Notes: generated by a model from the sequence alone, not told the origin. Positions 13,040-28,672 are shown, numbered from the stretch's first letter. The stretch: DNA of 64,000 nucleotides from the human T2T-CHM13v2.0 reference genome, Homo sapiens (GCF_009914755.1 NC_060947.1), one strand, 5' to 3'. Translations and numbers: made by a program.

Positions 13040-15545
13040 CAACATTTTATTACGAAACATTTCAAACTTAGCAAAATTGAAAGAATTTTACAGTGAACAC
13101 CTGTATACCGCCTTTTAGATTCTACCATCAACATTTTACTATACTTGCTTTATCAAGTATCTCTCCATCCTTCTATTCATCCATTGGTCCATCTTGCTTT
13201 TTAAAGAATTTGGAAATAAATTACAGACATTGCATACATATTATTAACTAGAGTTCAATATTTGCTTGCTGATTTTTCTTTGGTAAAATTTATGTACAAT
13301 GCAATACACAAATCTTAAAGTGTACATTCATTGAGTTTTGACAAATGCATACACCTGGGTAATATAAGCTCCTAACAAGGTAGTGAACATTGCATTTATT
13401 TCTTAATTTTTTATATAAACATGTTGTTTTAAAAAATAAAATAAAAGACTGCAGCTGCCTAACCCTTCCTCTCAATCCTATTTTTTGCTTCCCGAAAGCC
13501 ACGTCTTACAAATCTTTTACATGTTTTTCTTGGTAGTCTTTTTTTATATTTCTGCCTAGAACATTATTCTTGCCATTTCTTAAGTTTTCAATTTTAGAAT
13601 TAGCTATTGGTTAGCTACCATGGAAGAATAGGACTAAGCTATCTCAAATAATTCCCGAAGCATGTCCTTTTTCTTTTCCTACACCCAATATATTTATAAC
13701 ACAGCTCTTGTTAAATCAAGATCCAACGTTTGTGTTAATTATATAAATATCGTTCATAGTAGACAGTAAATACTGTTCCATTTTGTATTCTAACTTTGGG
13801 TTTTCTCAGAGTTACTAATCACCTGCTTTTTATTTGCTTTTAAAATATATCTCACCAATTCATCTCTAAATTCTCTAAGAAAACTTTAAAATTCCTTTCA
13901 AGGTGGTTTAACCCATTAAATAGTGCATCAGTACCATTTTCTCTTGGAGGCATCACTCTAATCTGTGTTATTTGCTCGCTGGGACCGCAACAGGGCTGCC
14001 TCCAGGGCTCCACTCTATCTTGATCCTGTGTTGGATTCCCCATTTCTGGATCCTACATTTTCCTGATGAGTTCTCCCCTCCCTTTGCTGGAACACATCCT
14101 ACAGTAGTTTCTTGAGCTGGTAAACTTTATGAGATCTTGCCTATCTAGGAGTGTGTTTATTCTAACATCACATTCGATTGACCATTTGTCTGGCTGTAGC
14201 TTGGATATCACTTTCCCTCAGAAATTGGAACATGATGTCCCACTGTCTTCTGGCTTTCATTTTTGCTATCTGAGGTCATACTGTTTTCTGATAGTTTATA
14301 TGTACCTTTGGAACGTTTTCTGTGTCCTAGTGTTCTGAAATTTTATGTTTGTATGCCTTGGCATGCCCATTCAATCTATTGACATTCTTTATTCCTGAGG
14401 GATGTTTTTCTATTATTTCTTCGATGATTCCCTCTGAGAGAATATTTTCTCAGTTCTCTTTTTCCGTAACTCTTATTACTTGAGTGTTTGACTTCTGATT
14501 TGAGCCTACAAGCTTATCTTTTCTCTCCTATAAAACAAATTTTATTAAATATTGAATAAATTAAAAATTATCTTTATAAAATATGTGTAAATTAAAAGAA
14601 TAACAATGCAAACAGTGCCACCATCAACTTTAACAAGAGTGACACCAGTGAACTTCAAGCTTCCATGTGACCTTCCCAGATCCAATTGCCTTCTTTCCCA
14701 CCTTAGAGGTAACCACTACTCTGAATTGTGTTTACAGTGCACTTTTCTTTGTAGTTTTATCACATACTTCTGTATCTCTAAAGAACATACTGCTTAGTTT
14801 TTAAGGTGCTTCAATTTTATATTAATGGAATCAGACTATGATTTCTGAGATTCGCTTTTTTGATTTTATGTTGAATGCTTGACACTCACCCATGTTGTCA
14901 TATGAAGCAGTAGTTTGTTAATTTTCACAGTATTTATGCATAAGTCATAATTTATTTATGCATTCTTATGTTAATGGGCATTTGGGCTTTTTCCAATTTC
15001 TTACTATTAAAAACATTGCTCCTATGATTACTCACCAGCAAATCTCCTAGTTCTAACATATATACCTAGGAATGGGATTGCTGGGTAATGGAATGAGTGC
15101 ATCTTCAACTTTACTGGAAAATACCAAATTGTTTCTCAAACTGGTTATACCAACTTATACTTCTATTGCCACTGTAGAAGAGTTCCAATTGTTTCCCATC
15201 TTTGCCAACACTTAATTTCATTATCACTTGAGTTATTGTTAATTAGAGGTATGTGAAGTGATACCATACTATGGTTTTAAAATGCATTTCTCTGATTATT
15301 TATAAGGTCAAGCAATCTTTTTATGTTTATTGAAAATTTATAACATTTGTATTTCTTTTTCTGTTCAAGTCTTTTTGTCCACTTTTAAAAAATTATGTTG
15401 CTTGTCTTTTTTTTTCTTTTATTTCTACAGCCAGGAGTTCTTCATATATTTTGAATACTAATCTTCTTTCTGTTACTTATGTTGCAAATATCTTCTCCCA
15501 GTTTGAGGATTTTTGGGTTATTTTAAGCTATCTTGTATTGATCTT
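13040..15545 (-). mobile_element. old L1M fragments
   Basis: tatacctaggaatgggattgctggg, gttgcaaatatcttctcccagttt and other antisense L1 motifs. Confidence 0.7.
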
Positions 15546-15547
15546 AA

Positions 15548-15856
<309 letters not shown>

Positions 15857-15896
15857 GAAGAGGATCCTAATATTAATGTAGTTTGGGTCTTATTTA

Positions 15897-16289
<393 letters not shown>

Positions 16290-16579
16290 CTAAATGTTTT
16301 TGGGTATTGCCGTTTGCATTCAAGTTCTTTAATCTATCCAGAATTTATTCAAATTTTCCCATATATAAAACCATCTAGACCTGGTGTGTTTTCTTTGTGG
16401 GAAAATTTATCAGATTTAAATTGATCTAATTAAACTGATTTAATGGTTAGAAGGTTATCAGCTTTTCCATTTCTTCTTGAATCAGGTTTGGTAAATTACA
16501 TATTTCTAGGATTTTGTTCTTTTCACCTGTATTTCAAAATGTACTACCTTAAAGTAATATATAATATCCTTATGTTATC

Positions 16580-16802
16580 TTTTTTTTTTTTTTTTTTTTT
16601 TTTGAGATGGAGTCTTGCTCCATCGCCCAGGCTGGAGTGCAGTGATGCAATCTCGGCTCACTGCAATGCCCACCTCCTGGGTTCAAGTGATTCTCCTGCC
16701 TCAGTCTCCTGAGCAGCTGGGATTACAGGCGCCCACCACAACACCTGGCTAATTTTTGTATTTTTAGTAGAGACGGGGTTTCACCATGTTGGCCAGGCTG
16801 GC
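16580..16802 (-). mobile_element. AluS, 5'-truncated
   Basis: right arm, linker and partial left arm ending ggccaggctgg. Confidence 0.92.
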
Positions 16803-16849
16803 CCTTGTATTACCTTTTAAAACCCCATAGCATCTATGGCTACATTCTT

Positions 16850-19149
16850 TTTTAAAATTTTATATATATATTTTTTATTTTAACATAAGTTATTGGGGTA
16901 CAGGTGGTATTTGGTTACATAAGTTCTTTAGTGGTGATTTGTAAGATTTTGGTGTACCCATCACCCATGTATACACTGCACCATATTTGTAGTCTTTTAT
17001 CCCTCGCCCACCTCCCACTCTTCCCCCCAAGTCCCCAAAGTCCATTGCATCATTCTTATGCCTTTGTGTCCTCATAGCTTAGCTCCCACATATCAGTGAG
17101 AACATATGATGTTTGGTTTTCCATTCCTGAGTTACATCACTTAGAATAATAGTCTCCAATCTCATCCAGGTCACTGCAAATGCTGTTAATTAATTCCTTT
17201 TTATGGCTGCATAGTATTCCATTGTATATATATATCACAGTTTCTTTATCCACTCATTGATGGGCATTTGGGTTGGTTCCACGATTTTGCAATTGTGAAT
17301 TTTGCTGCTATAAATATGTGTGTGCAAGTATCTTTTTTTGAATAATGACTTCTTTTCCTGTGGGTAGATACTCAGTAGTGGGATTGCTGGATCAAATGGT
17401 AGTTTTACTTTTAGTTCTTTAAGGAAACTTCACAGTTTTTCATAGTGGCTGTACTAGTTTATATTTCCACCAGCCGTGTAGAAGTGTTCCCTGTTCACCA
17501 CATCCACGCCAACATCTACTGTTTTTTTTTATTTTTTGATTATGGCCATTCTTGCAGGAGTAAGGTGATATTGCATTGTGGTTTTGATTTGCATTTCCCT
17601 GATCATTAGCAATGTTGAGCATTTTTTCATATGTTTGTGGCCCATTTGTATATCTTCTTTTGAAAATTGTCTATTCATGTCCTTAGTCCACTTTCTGATG
17701 GGGTCGTTTGTTTTTTTCTTACTGATTTGTTTGAGTTCATTGTAGATTCTGGATATTTGTCCTTTGTCAGATGTATAGATTGTAAAGATTTTCTCCCACT
17801 CTGTGGGTTTTCTGTTTACTCTGCTGACTGTTCCTTTTGCCATGCAAAGGCTCTTTAGTTTAATTAGGCCCCAGATATTTATCTTTGTTTTTATTGCATT
17901 GGCTTTTGGATTCTTGGTCATGAAATCCTTGCCTAAGCCAATGTCTAGAAGGGTTTTTCCAATGTTATCTTCTAGAATTTTTATAGTTTCAGGTCTTAGG
18001 TTTAAGTCCTTAATCCATCTTGAGTTGATTTTTGTACAAGGTGAGAGATGAGGATCCAGTTTCATTCTCCTACATGTGGCTAGCCAATAGCCCCAGCACC
18101 AAAAGGGTGTCCTTTCCCCACGTTTTGTTTGTGTTTTCCCCACTTTATGTTTTGTTTGCTTTGTCAAAGATCAGTTGGCTGTAAGTACTTGGGTTTATTT
18201 CTGGGTTCTCTATTCTGTTCCATTGGTCTATGTACCTATTTCTATACCAGCACCATGCTGTTTTGGTGACAATGGCCTTATAGTATAGTTTGAAATCGGG
18301 TAGTGTGATGCCTCCAGATTTGTTCTTTTTGCTATGCGGGCTCTTTTTAGGTTCCATATGAATTATAGAATTGCTTTTTGTAATTCTGTGAAGAATGATG
18401 GTGGTATTCTGATGGAAATTGTGTTGAATTTGTAGATTGCTTTTGGCAGTATGGTCATTTTCACAATATTGATTCTACCCATCCATAAGCATGGGAGGGC
18501 GAGACAAGACCGCTTGAAAATTTGCCCAAGGCTATCTGCCTCCCAGCTTTGAGAGAAAAGGGCTTTAATTCTTCCCCCACCTGTGAAGTCTGCACTCTGG
18601 ATTTGTGTCCTCCCCCAAGTTCTGGCCAGGAGGCTTCTCACCCCATTTAAATTGTTACAAAGTTCAGCTGGAGAATTCCTTCTCCCTGTGGAGTTTAACC
18701 ACCTGCTCCTCTGGCCACCCTCCCAATGGATTCCTGTGGTACCAGGCAGGAATGGGCTGCCTGGGGACCCAGCGAGCTCCCAGGGCTATTCTGCTGCTTC
18801 CTCTACCCTTGTATTTCGCTCCGCTCTCTAACTTGACTCAGCCCCAGGTAAAGTAGGAAACTTCTCCCACAAACAGACCTTCTGCTTCTCCAGTGCGGGG
18901 GTGTGTTCGGCAGAGGAGGGTCTCCCTTTCCCACTTCCGCAGTTGGGGCACTCATAGTTTTGGGGGGTCTCCCGGGTCCTGCAGGAGCAGTTCACTTCAT
19001 TCAAAGGGTCTGTGGGTCCTCCGGGGACCCACAGAACTGCTGCTTCGTTCTTGCAGTCAATCTGGAGCTAAAATTCACAGTGCAAGCCTCCACACGCTGC
19101 TCTATCTGGAGCTGCAATCTAGTCCTGCCTCCCATCCACCATGATCCCC
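16850..19149 (-). mobile_element. L1PB1-like element: 5'UTR (18497-19149) fused to ORF2 3' part and 3'UTR (16850-18496)
   Basis: L1PB 3' end gttattggggtacaggtggtatttggttacat; ORF2-like translation 17529-18167; L1PBa-type 5' end (revcomp ggggatcatggtggatgggaggcaggactagattgcagctcc); TSD atctatggYtacattctt. Confidence 0.9.
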
Positions 19150-19988
19150 TGAATCAGTTGTTTATATTTTTAACTACTGATCTATGGTTACATTCTTAAT
19201 ATGGTTCATTCTTGTCACTTTTCTTTCTTTGAATTAATCTTGTTATATGTTTGCCTATTTTGGATTTTTTAAGAACTAAATTTTGGCTTTGTCAACATTC
19301 CTTTGTCAACAGAAAAACATTCTGTTTTTCATTTCCTTATTTTGGTTATTATATTTATAATTTCTTCCTTTTACCTTCTTCGGGTTATCCTGTTCTTTTC
19401 TCACTACTGAAGTTGGATACTTAGCTCCTTATTTTACAAATGAATTCTACTAAATAATAAAGGAACTAACAATTCTAATCACATACAAAGTATTCTAGAT
19501 TATAGAAATAGAGGGAACACTTGCCAACTCATTTTGAGGTTAGCATAACCTCGATACTAAAACTTGACAGAGAGGATATGAGAGAACATGGCAAAGGAAA
19601 ATTACAAGCCTAGTTTTCTCAGAAATATGTAGATGCAAAAATCCTAGACAAAATCTAGCAATATACAAAAATGACAAAAATGACCACGATGACTTTTCCT
19701 CAGCAGTTTAGGGTTTAATTGATTAGAAAATCAATTAATACAATTCTTCATAGTACCAAAATAAATAAGAAAGGGCACATGGTAATTTCTATAGATGCAG
19801 AAAAACATTTTTTGAGGACATTATCCATTAATTATAAAAATTCTTAGCAAGTTAAGAAGGAAATTTCCTTTGCTGGATATAGAGTATCTACAAAACTATA
19901 CAGCAAATATCATAATTAATATTGAAACATTAAATGTATTCCCCCCTTAAAATCAGGAACAACAAAAAGTGGCAGCTATAACCACTTC

Positions 19989-20198
19989 TTTTCTTTTTTG
20001 TTTTGAGACAGGGTCTCACTCTGTGGCCCAGGCTCGAGTGCAGTGGTGCAATCACAGCTCACTGCAGCCTTGGCCTTCCGGCTCAAGTGATCCTCTCACC
20101 TCAGCCTCCCGAGTGGCTGGGACTGCAGGTGTGTGCCGCCACTTGGCTAATTTTTAAATTTTGTGTAGAGATGGGGTCTTGCTATATTGTCCAGGCTG
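19989..20198 (-). mobile_element. AluJ, 5'-truncated
   Basis: J-type right arm; TSD ccacttctttt. Confidence 0.9.
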
Positions 20199-20417
20199 AG
20201 CCACTTCTTTTCAACACAGGACTGCATATTCTAACCAGTACAGTAAGAAAAGAGAGAGAAACAAAAGGTATAAGGATTAAAAAGAAACAAAAATGTATTG
20301 GTCACAGACGACATTATGGTATGCATAGAAAGCTAAAAAAAAAAAACTAGAATTAATAAGAGAATTTAGTAGTTTTGCTGTAGCAAAAAAAAAATCAACC
20401 TACAAAAAGCAATTGCA

Positions 20418-20730
20418 TTTATTTATTTATTCATTCATTTATTGAGATGGAGTCTCACTCTGGCACCCAGGTGGAGTGCAGTGGCGTGATCTCGGCCCAC
20501 TGAAACCTTCACCTCCTGGGTTCAGGCAGTTCTCCTGCCTCAGCCTCCCAAGTAGCTGGGACTACAGGCATGTGCCATCACGCCCCACTAATTTTTTTTT
20601 TTTGTATTTTTAGTAAGACGGGGTTTCACCATGTTGGCCAGGCTGGTTTTGAACTCCTGATCTCAAGTGATCTGCCTGCCTCTGCCTCCCAAAGTGCTGG
20701 GATTACAGGTGTGAGCCACTGTGCCTGGCC
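20418..20730 (-). mobile_element. AluS
   Basis: full dimer; TSD agcaattgcattta. Confidence 0.95.
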
Positions 20731-21701
20731 AGCAATTGCATTTATATACAATAACAATCAACAGAGAACGTAAAACAATTATAGCTTCTAAAAGTATAGC
20801 ATACCATAAAATAAACATGACAAAAGATATGTCAGAATTTTGATGAGAAAGTAAAAAATTCTGCATTGTAAATAAGCATGGAAAGTCTAAATAATTGAGA
20901 AGAAATAGCATGTTTATGAAAGAGTAAATTCAATACTATGAACATGTTGATATATAGTTTGATACAGTTCCAACGAAAACCTCAAAAGGTATTTTTTGTA
21001 AAACTTGAAAAGCTGACTAAAATATTTGTTGAGGATTAGAGAAGCAGGAATAGTCAAGATACACCTAATAAAAGAAAACTAAGAGGAGGAACTCATTTTC
21101 CCATTATCAATAACTATTTGAAACCTATAGTAATGAAGACAGTGTGATATACAGCAATGGAAAAAGAAATCTCTGTGGAGAAACAAATCTCCCAGAAAAC
21201 AAATTTATGTGGAGGAAGAACCACTCCAAAGACCTTTTCACCTGCCCAGTACTGTCACAGGAGTAAGAAATACATTTCCATTGTGTTTCCGCCATTTTAT
21301 ATTTTTGAATCTCTTTTTTAAAGCATTAGCCTCTTCTAGTACAACTTCTATTGCTTTAGCAGTCATCCTATAAATTTTGATATGCAAATAGTAACATCAA
21401 TATTTAAATTAAGACCTCTACCTGTTAAAAACACAAGAACTTTAGAGAATTTCAACTTTAATCACCATCTGCCTGACTTACTTACTACTGCTATTGGATG
21501 TCATTGTTCTATTTTTTTAACCCTAAGATCTTTTTGCTTTTGAACTCAATGTTTTAGATTACGCACATATTTACTACTTTATTTGCTCATTTTCTCTTTT
21601 TACATCTTGAACCTTCCATCTGAGATCACACCTTTTCTGTCCACAGTACATTCTGTACAAGTTCTTTTATGAGGAAGTCTGTTGGTGCCAAATTCTCAGT
21701 A

Positions 21702-22248
<547 letters not shown>

Positions 22249-23301
22249 TATTTGGAAATATCTTTATTTTGCCTGCAGCCCTGTTTTAGGGGGTGCGGGA
22301 GAGTTCAAGTGGCCACAGTTTTAAAAATTCACAGGAAATCAAATGCAACAAAATTAGGATAGTGAGACCTTGATGAATACATCCTCCCGGAACAAAGTCC
22401 CCACAAGCAAAGAGTGAAGTGGAGGCTTGACAGAGAGTTATTGTCCTTCACCTCTGCACAAGGCATGCATCAGGCGGGGAGGGGACACGACATTACCCCT
22501 CAGATCCCTCCACAACGAGCCGGGGGCCTAATGTAGCTGAGAGCAAGATTGCACTGCGCTGAATCAGGGGACTGGCTCATCCGGGAGTGGCCAAGAACTG
22601 TGGATGCCGTGGGTGTGGGCAGACCCCACCGTGCTTCACCTGGAAGTGAAGTGGAGTTTCCTACCAAGCCCTCCATGTAAGGCTCCAGCGTTGCATGACT
22701 TCTGCTTCTCGAATTCACCTGCTCAGGGGCCAGACTTCCATGCGCTTACTCAGTGCAGACAAGAGCAAAGTGGGTGAAGTCTGGGGATGTGAGACATTCT
22801 TTTCTATCTCCTGAAACTGGCTTCTTGCCTTGTCATCTTATGCTGCTGCTGCCACCTAGCTTTAACCAGATATCACCCAAAGACAATGTCTTGTTGGCTT
22901 GAAAGCTGCTACAGTGGCGAGAGGCGGCAGGAACACCAAGACCACAGACGACAGTACAAAGCCTACTTTCTCGAACCCTTTCAGCCTGACTCCCTCCATT
23001 TTAAAGAAATATGTATAATCATTCCCATGCCAGGACCAAGTCACTGGCAGGGTTCTTAACAGCAAAGTGGAGAAAAGGGAGGCCTAAGCAGATTGAACCT
23101 ATTCCAAAAGAATGTCTTCATCCATCTGAGGCCTATGAGTTCTCAATGAAGGTTGTGAGGTTTACCAAAAGCTGTGAGATTTGTTTTGCTTCATTAAAAG
23201 ATTGTTTTCCAGGTGGAGGTGAGCTCAAGTATCACCTGGGACAAGTGTCAAATTATAGATTCTGTCAACTTTAGCATAAATACTGAATTCTTACGTCTGG
23301 G

Positions 23302-24042
<741 letters not shown>

Positions 24043-24449
24043 TCTAGGGAAAGACCCTAGAAACCTGTAAGTGTAAAAGCATCCCAGGTGATTCTTATCA
24101 AGTAAGTCTGGCAAGTGCTTTAAGGAATGGACTCTAAACAATGAGCTTTTGTGCCATTTTGATGGCCTCACGGATACGTATGTAACACTGGAGTGAAAGG
24201 GGCCTGACAGGTCACAGTTCCTCCCTTTTACAGATGAGAAAACAGAAGGAACTGATTTGCCAAGGTTACGTGTCTGCTGGAACTAGAATCCAAGTCGACA
24301 GGTGCTTCATTTTTTATTTTTTCCACTGCATTTGTATGTGTTCTTCAGACTGTCTGAATAATGGGAAAAAGCTATCAGAGTGACATTTTCCCAATCTGGT
24401 GAACCTACCCCCGTCTCAATCCACGCTTGATTTTGAGGTAATAAAATAG

Positions 24450-24670
24450 TGAAAACTAAAAACTGCTACTGACTGGGTGCCTGCTGTGTTCCAGGCACTG
24501 TACTGTGTGCTACTTACATACTATATGCGAACTTTCACAATGAACCTGTAAATATTATGCCCATTTTGAGGATGAGAAGAGTAAGGACATGTTCAAGTTT
24601 GCAAATGGGTCAGTGGCAGGGAGAGAGTTTGAACCGGGGTCTAGTGCCTAGACCACATCCTTCTGCCTAT
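24450..24670 (-). mobile_element. MIR
   Basis: ccaggcactgtactgtgtgc..attatgcccattttgaggatgagaa. Confidence 0.7.
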
Positions 24671-25509
24671 GCGTGCTGCTAAGGCATGGGCTGGAGATTC
24701 TGAGATGGCACCAAAGGTGGTATAAAGCTCATCCCCTGGCATATGGCCCAGTCACCACTGCCATGGCCCTTCCCGAGGCTTGGGAGCATTTCTCTAGCAC
24801 AGCCCACCTCTTTGGAAGGGTTGCTGGTCCCCTTCAACCCTCTGCTATGGGGCATGCCCTTTCAGTTCTCCGAGCCATCATAGCAAGGATGGAAAAAGTC
24901 CTCTACCCTAACCACATCTCCATCCTTAGCTCTAGGGCCTGAAGCTCTGGCAGTGGAATTCTCAGGCTCTCAGTTCAAATCGCAGCAGGGGAATCTTCCT
25001 CACACACAAATCTGCCATTAATTGGATCTGGAAAGTGCCACAGATGGGGGAAAATGATGAGGTAGCCACGCCTTTGTATTTGGTTTGGCAAACATCTAGG
25101 AGACCAAGTGTTCGGGGTTGGTATATTTTAGAACCTAGTCCATCAGTTTGGAATCGAGCTTACACCATCTACACAGAACATAAAGAAATGTGTGTGCGTT
25201 GGGGTGGGGGTGGTTGGAGAAAGTCTTAAAATTGACACACTGTGTTCAGAATAAGCAAAGTTCTTCTTTCACTCCAAAGAAGGACAGGGAGCTTAGAACA
25301 AAAGCAAGTTTTCTCTGGTCTACTCAGACCCCAGTATTTTCTAATTAAATCAAGCCAGGTGAAAATCTGCAACAAGCGATGGTTAAGTTAGCCTTACAGG
25401 AGAAAGGAAGTAAGAACAGCCGGCAGAGAGGTGGGTACCAAAAGTGGGAGCAACCAAAGCTTTGCCTTTGGGACCCTGTGAAGGGGCCACAGGGATAGCT
25501 TCAAGGACA

Positions 25510-25878
25510 GACCAGTGGGAGCGGCATCACTCCACTTGTTAGACATGCAGATTCTTGGACCACACCCCAGACCTAGCGATTCAGAAACTTAGGTTGCGGT
25601 CTCGCAATATGTGGTTTAAACAGAACTTCCAGGTGATTGTGATGCGTGCTCAGGTGCCAGACTCATTGCTTTTGGACGATACAGTAGTTCTCAAAGAGTG
25701 GTATATTAGGCTCGCACAGTGGGGGCTTTTTTGGAAAAAAAAAAAAAAAAAAGTCTGCCTGGGCCCATCTTGGAGACATTGTGATTTAATTGGTCTAGAG
25801 CAGGGCCTGGACACGTGAACATTTGAAAAGCTCCCCAGGAGATTCTAATGTGCAGCCAGAGTTGAGAACCACTGCTTT
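25510..25878. mobile_element. two adjacent MER5 hAT MITEs
   Basis: cttgttagacatgcagattctt..; cagtagttctcaaa..gattctaatgtgcagccagagttgagaaccactg. Confidence 0.75.
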
Positions 25879-26384
25879 AGGGAATGGGGTCCCGGATCCT
25901 GGGCCCGGCCCTACCCTCACCGGCGGAGTGACCTTGGACCCTTCACAGGTCTGCCTCCAGTTCTTTTCTCTCTCAAAAGGCATTGGGAAGTGAGTTGTTG
26001 TCAACGACCTCCAGGGCATCTCCCAGCTTTAGCAGGCTTGGGGGCACCAGCCAGTGGTGACTCTAAAGCTTCCTCCTAAGCCCCTGGCTATTGCTTGTAA
26101 CTGGGGACTAGTGCCCGTAAAGGGTGGGGTTCGAGACAACCCCCTACTCAGCATCTGGGAATAAAAGGGCTGACTGCTGAAAACTGACATCCCCAAGGAG
26201 TTGATGTGATCCATTGAGCTTGCAGAGATGACCTTCTGGAAAGCCCTTGGTATGTTATCATCCCGAATAATGAATTAGCAGGAAAAATTTCTCCTTATTC
26301 TCGTAAAGCTGTTGACAGGCCACTTACGAAACGTTTCCAAAAAAGAAAAAAAAAAAAGTCTTACTATTGCAGAGGAAGGCTTGC

Positions 26385-26490
26385 CTTGCTGCTCAGACTG
26401 TGGTTCATGGATGGGCAGTGTCAGCATTACCCGGCTTGCTAGCAATGCAGAATCTCAGGCTCCATCCTTGATCTATGAATCAACATCTGC
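26385..26490. mobile_element. MER5A left part (resumes ~28675-28735 after L1)
   Basis: gcaatgcagaatctcaggctcc..atctgcatttt | ..gtttgagaagtgct. Confidence 0.7.
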
Positions 26491-26491
26491 A

Positions 26492-28672
26492 TTTTTTTTA
26501 AATTATACTTTAAGTTCTGGGATACATGTGCAGAATGTGCAGGTTTGTTACATACGTATATACATGCCATGGTGGTTTGCTGCACCCATCAACCCGTCAT
26601 CTACATTGGGTATTTCTCCTAATGCTATCCCTCCCCTAGCCCCCAGCGCCCCTCCCCATCGACAGGCCCCAGTGTGTGATGTGTCCATGTGTTCTCATTG
26701 TTTGACTCCCACTTATGCGTGAGAACATGGGGTGTTTGGTTTTCTGTTCCTGTGTTAGTTTGCTGAGAACGATGGTTTCCAGCTTCATCCATATCCCTGC
26801 AAAGAACATGAACTCATCCTTTTTTATGGCTGCATAGTATTCCATGGTGTATATGTGCCACATTTTCTTTATCCAGTGTATCATTGATGGGCATTTGGGT
26901 TGGTTCCAAGCTTTGCTATTGTGAATAGTGCTTCAATAAACATACATGTGCCTGTGTCTTTATAGTAGAATGATTTATAATCCTTTGGGTATATACCTAG
27001 TAATGGGATTGCTGGGTCAAATGGTATTTCTAGTTCTAGATCCTTGAGGAATTGCCACACTGTCTTCCACAATGATTGAACTAATTCACACTCCCACCAA
27101 TAGTGTAGAAGCATTTCTGTTTCTCCACATCCTCTCCAGCACCTGTTGTTTCCTGACTTTTTAATGATTGCCATTCTAACTGGTGTGAGATGGCATCTCA
27201 TTGTGGTTTTGATTTGCATTTCTCTAATGACCAGTGATGATGAGCTTTTTTTCATATGTTTATTGGCCGCATAAATGTCCTCTTTTGAGAAGTATCTGTT
27301 CATATCCTTTGCCCACTTTTTGATGGGGTTGTTTTTTTTCTTGTAAATTTAAGTTCCTTGTAGATTCTGAATATTAGCCCTTTGTCAGATGGATAGATTG
27401 GAAAAATTTTCTCCTATTCTGTAGGTTGCCTGTTCACTCTGATGATAGTTTCTTTTGCTATGCAGAAGCTCTTTAGTTTAATTAGATCCCATTTGTCTGT
27501 TTTGGCTTTCGTTGCCATTGCTTTTGGTGTTTTAGACATGAAGTCTTTGTCCATGCCTATGTCCTGAATGGTATTGCCTAGGTTTTCTCCTAGGGTTTTT
27601 ATGGTTTTAGGTATTACATGTAAGTCTTTGATCCATCTTGAGTTAATTTTTGTATAAGGTGTAAGGAAGGGGTCCAGTTTCAGCTTTCTACATATGGCTA
27701 GGCAGTTTTCCCAGCACCATTTATTAAATAGGGAATCCTTTCCCCATTGCTTGTTTTTGTCAGGTTTATCAAAGATCAGATGGTTGTAGATGTGTGGCGT
27801 TATTTCTGAGGCCTCTGTTCTGTTCCATTGGTCTATATATCTGTTTTGGTGCCAATACCATGCTGTTTTGGTTACTGTAGCCTTGTAGCATAGTTTGAAG
27901 TCAGGTAGCGTGATGCCTCCAGCTTTGTTCTCTCAATAAACTAGGCATTGATGGAACATATCTCAAAATAATAAGAGCTATTTATGACAAACCCACAGCC
28001 AATATCATACTGAATGGCCAAAAACTGGAAGCATTCCCTTTGAAAACCACCAAAAGACAAGGATGCCCTCTCTCACCACTCCTGTTCAACATAGTATTGG
28101 AAGTTCTGGCTAGGGCAACTAGGCAAGAGAAAGAAATAAAGGGTATTCAAATAGGAAGAGAGGAAGTCAAATTGTCTCTGTTTGCAGATGACGTGATTGT
28201 ATATTTAGAAAACCCCATCATCTCAGCCCAAAATCTCCTTAAGCTGATAAGCAACTTCAGCAAAGTCTCAGGATACAAAATCAATGTGCAAAAATCACAA
28301 GCATTCCTATACACCAATAATAGACAAACAGAGAGCCAAATCATGAGTGAACTCCCATTCACAATTGCTACAAAGAGAATAAAATACCTAGGAATACAAC
28401 TTACAAGGGATGTGAAGAACCTCTTCAAGGAGAACTACAAACCACTGCTCAAGGAAATAAGAGAGGACACAAACAAATGGAAAAACATTCCATGCCCATG
28501 GATAGGAAGAATGAATATCATGAAAATGGCCATACTGCCCAAAGTGATTTGTAGATTCAATGCTATCCCCATCCAGCTACCATTGACTTTCTTCACAGTA
28601 TTAGAAAAAACTACTTTAAATTTCATGTGGAACCAAAAAAGAGTCCGTATAGCCAAGACAATCCTAAGCAAA
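26492..28672 (-). mobile_element. L1PA (PA7/8-like), 5'-truncated with 5' inversion
   Basis: antisense 3' part 26492-27931; sense RT-domain part 27932-28672 ([15 protein letters not shown]); TSD aacatctgcatttt. Confidence 0.95.

Larger units (their letters stand above)
19430..21160 (+). mobile_element. old L1M ORF2 remnant interrupted by two Alus
   Basis: gagggaacacttgccaactcatttt, atagatgcagaaaaacattt, aaaatcaacctacaaaaagcaattgcattt. Confidence 0.8.

Noticed and set aside
17529-18167. 212-aa ORF (also 26881-27303 and 28040-28726)
   Set aside because: L1 ORF2 remnants in truncated or rearranged elements, not host genes.
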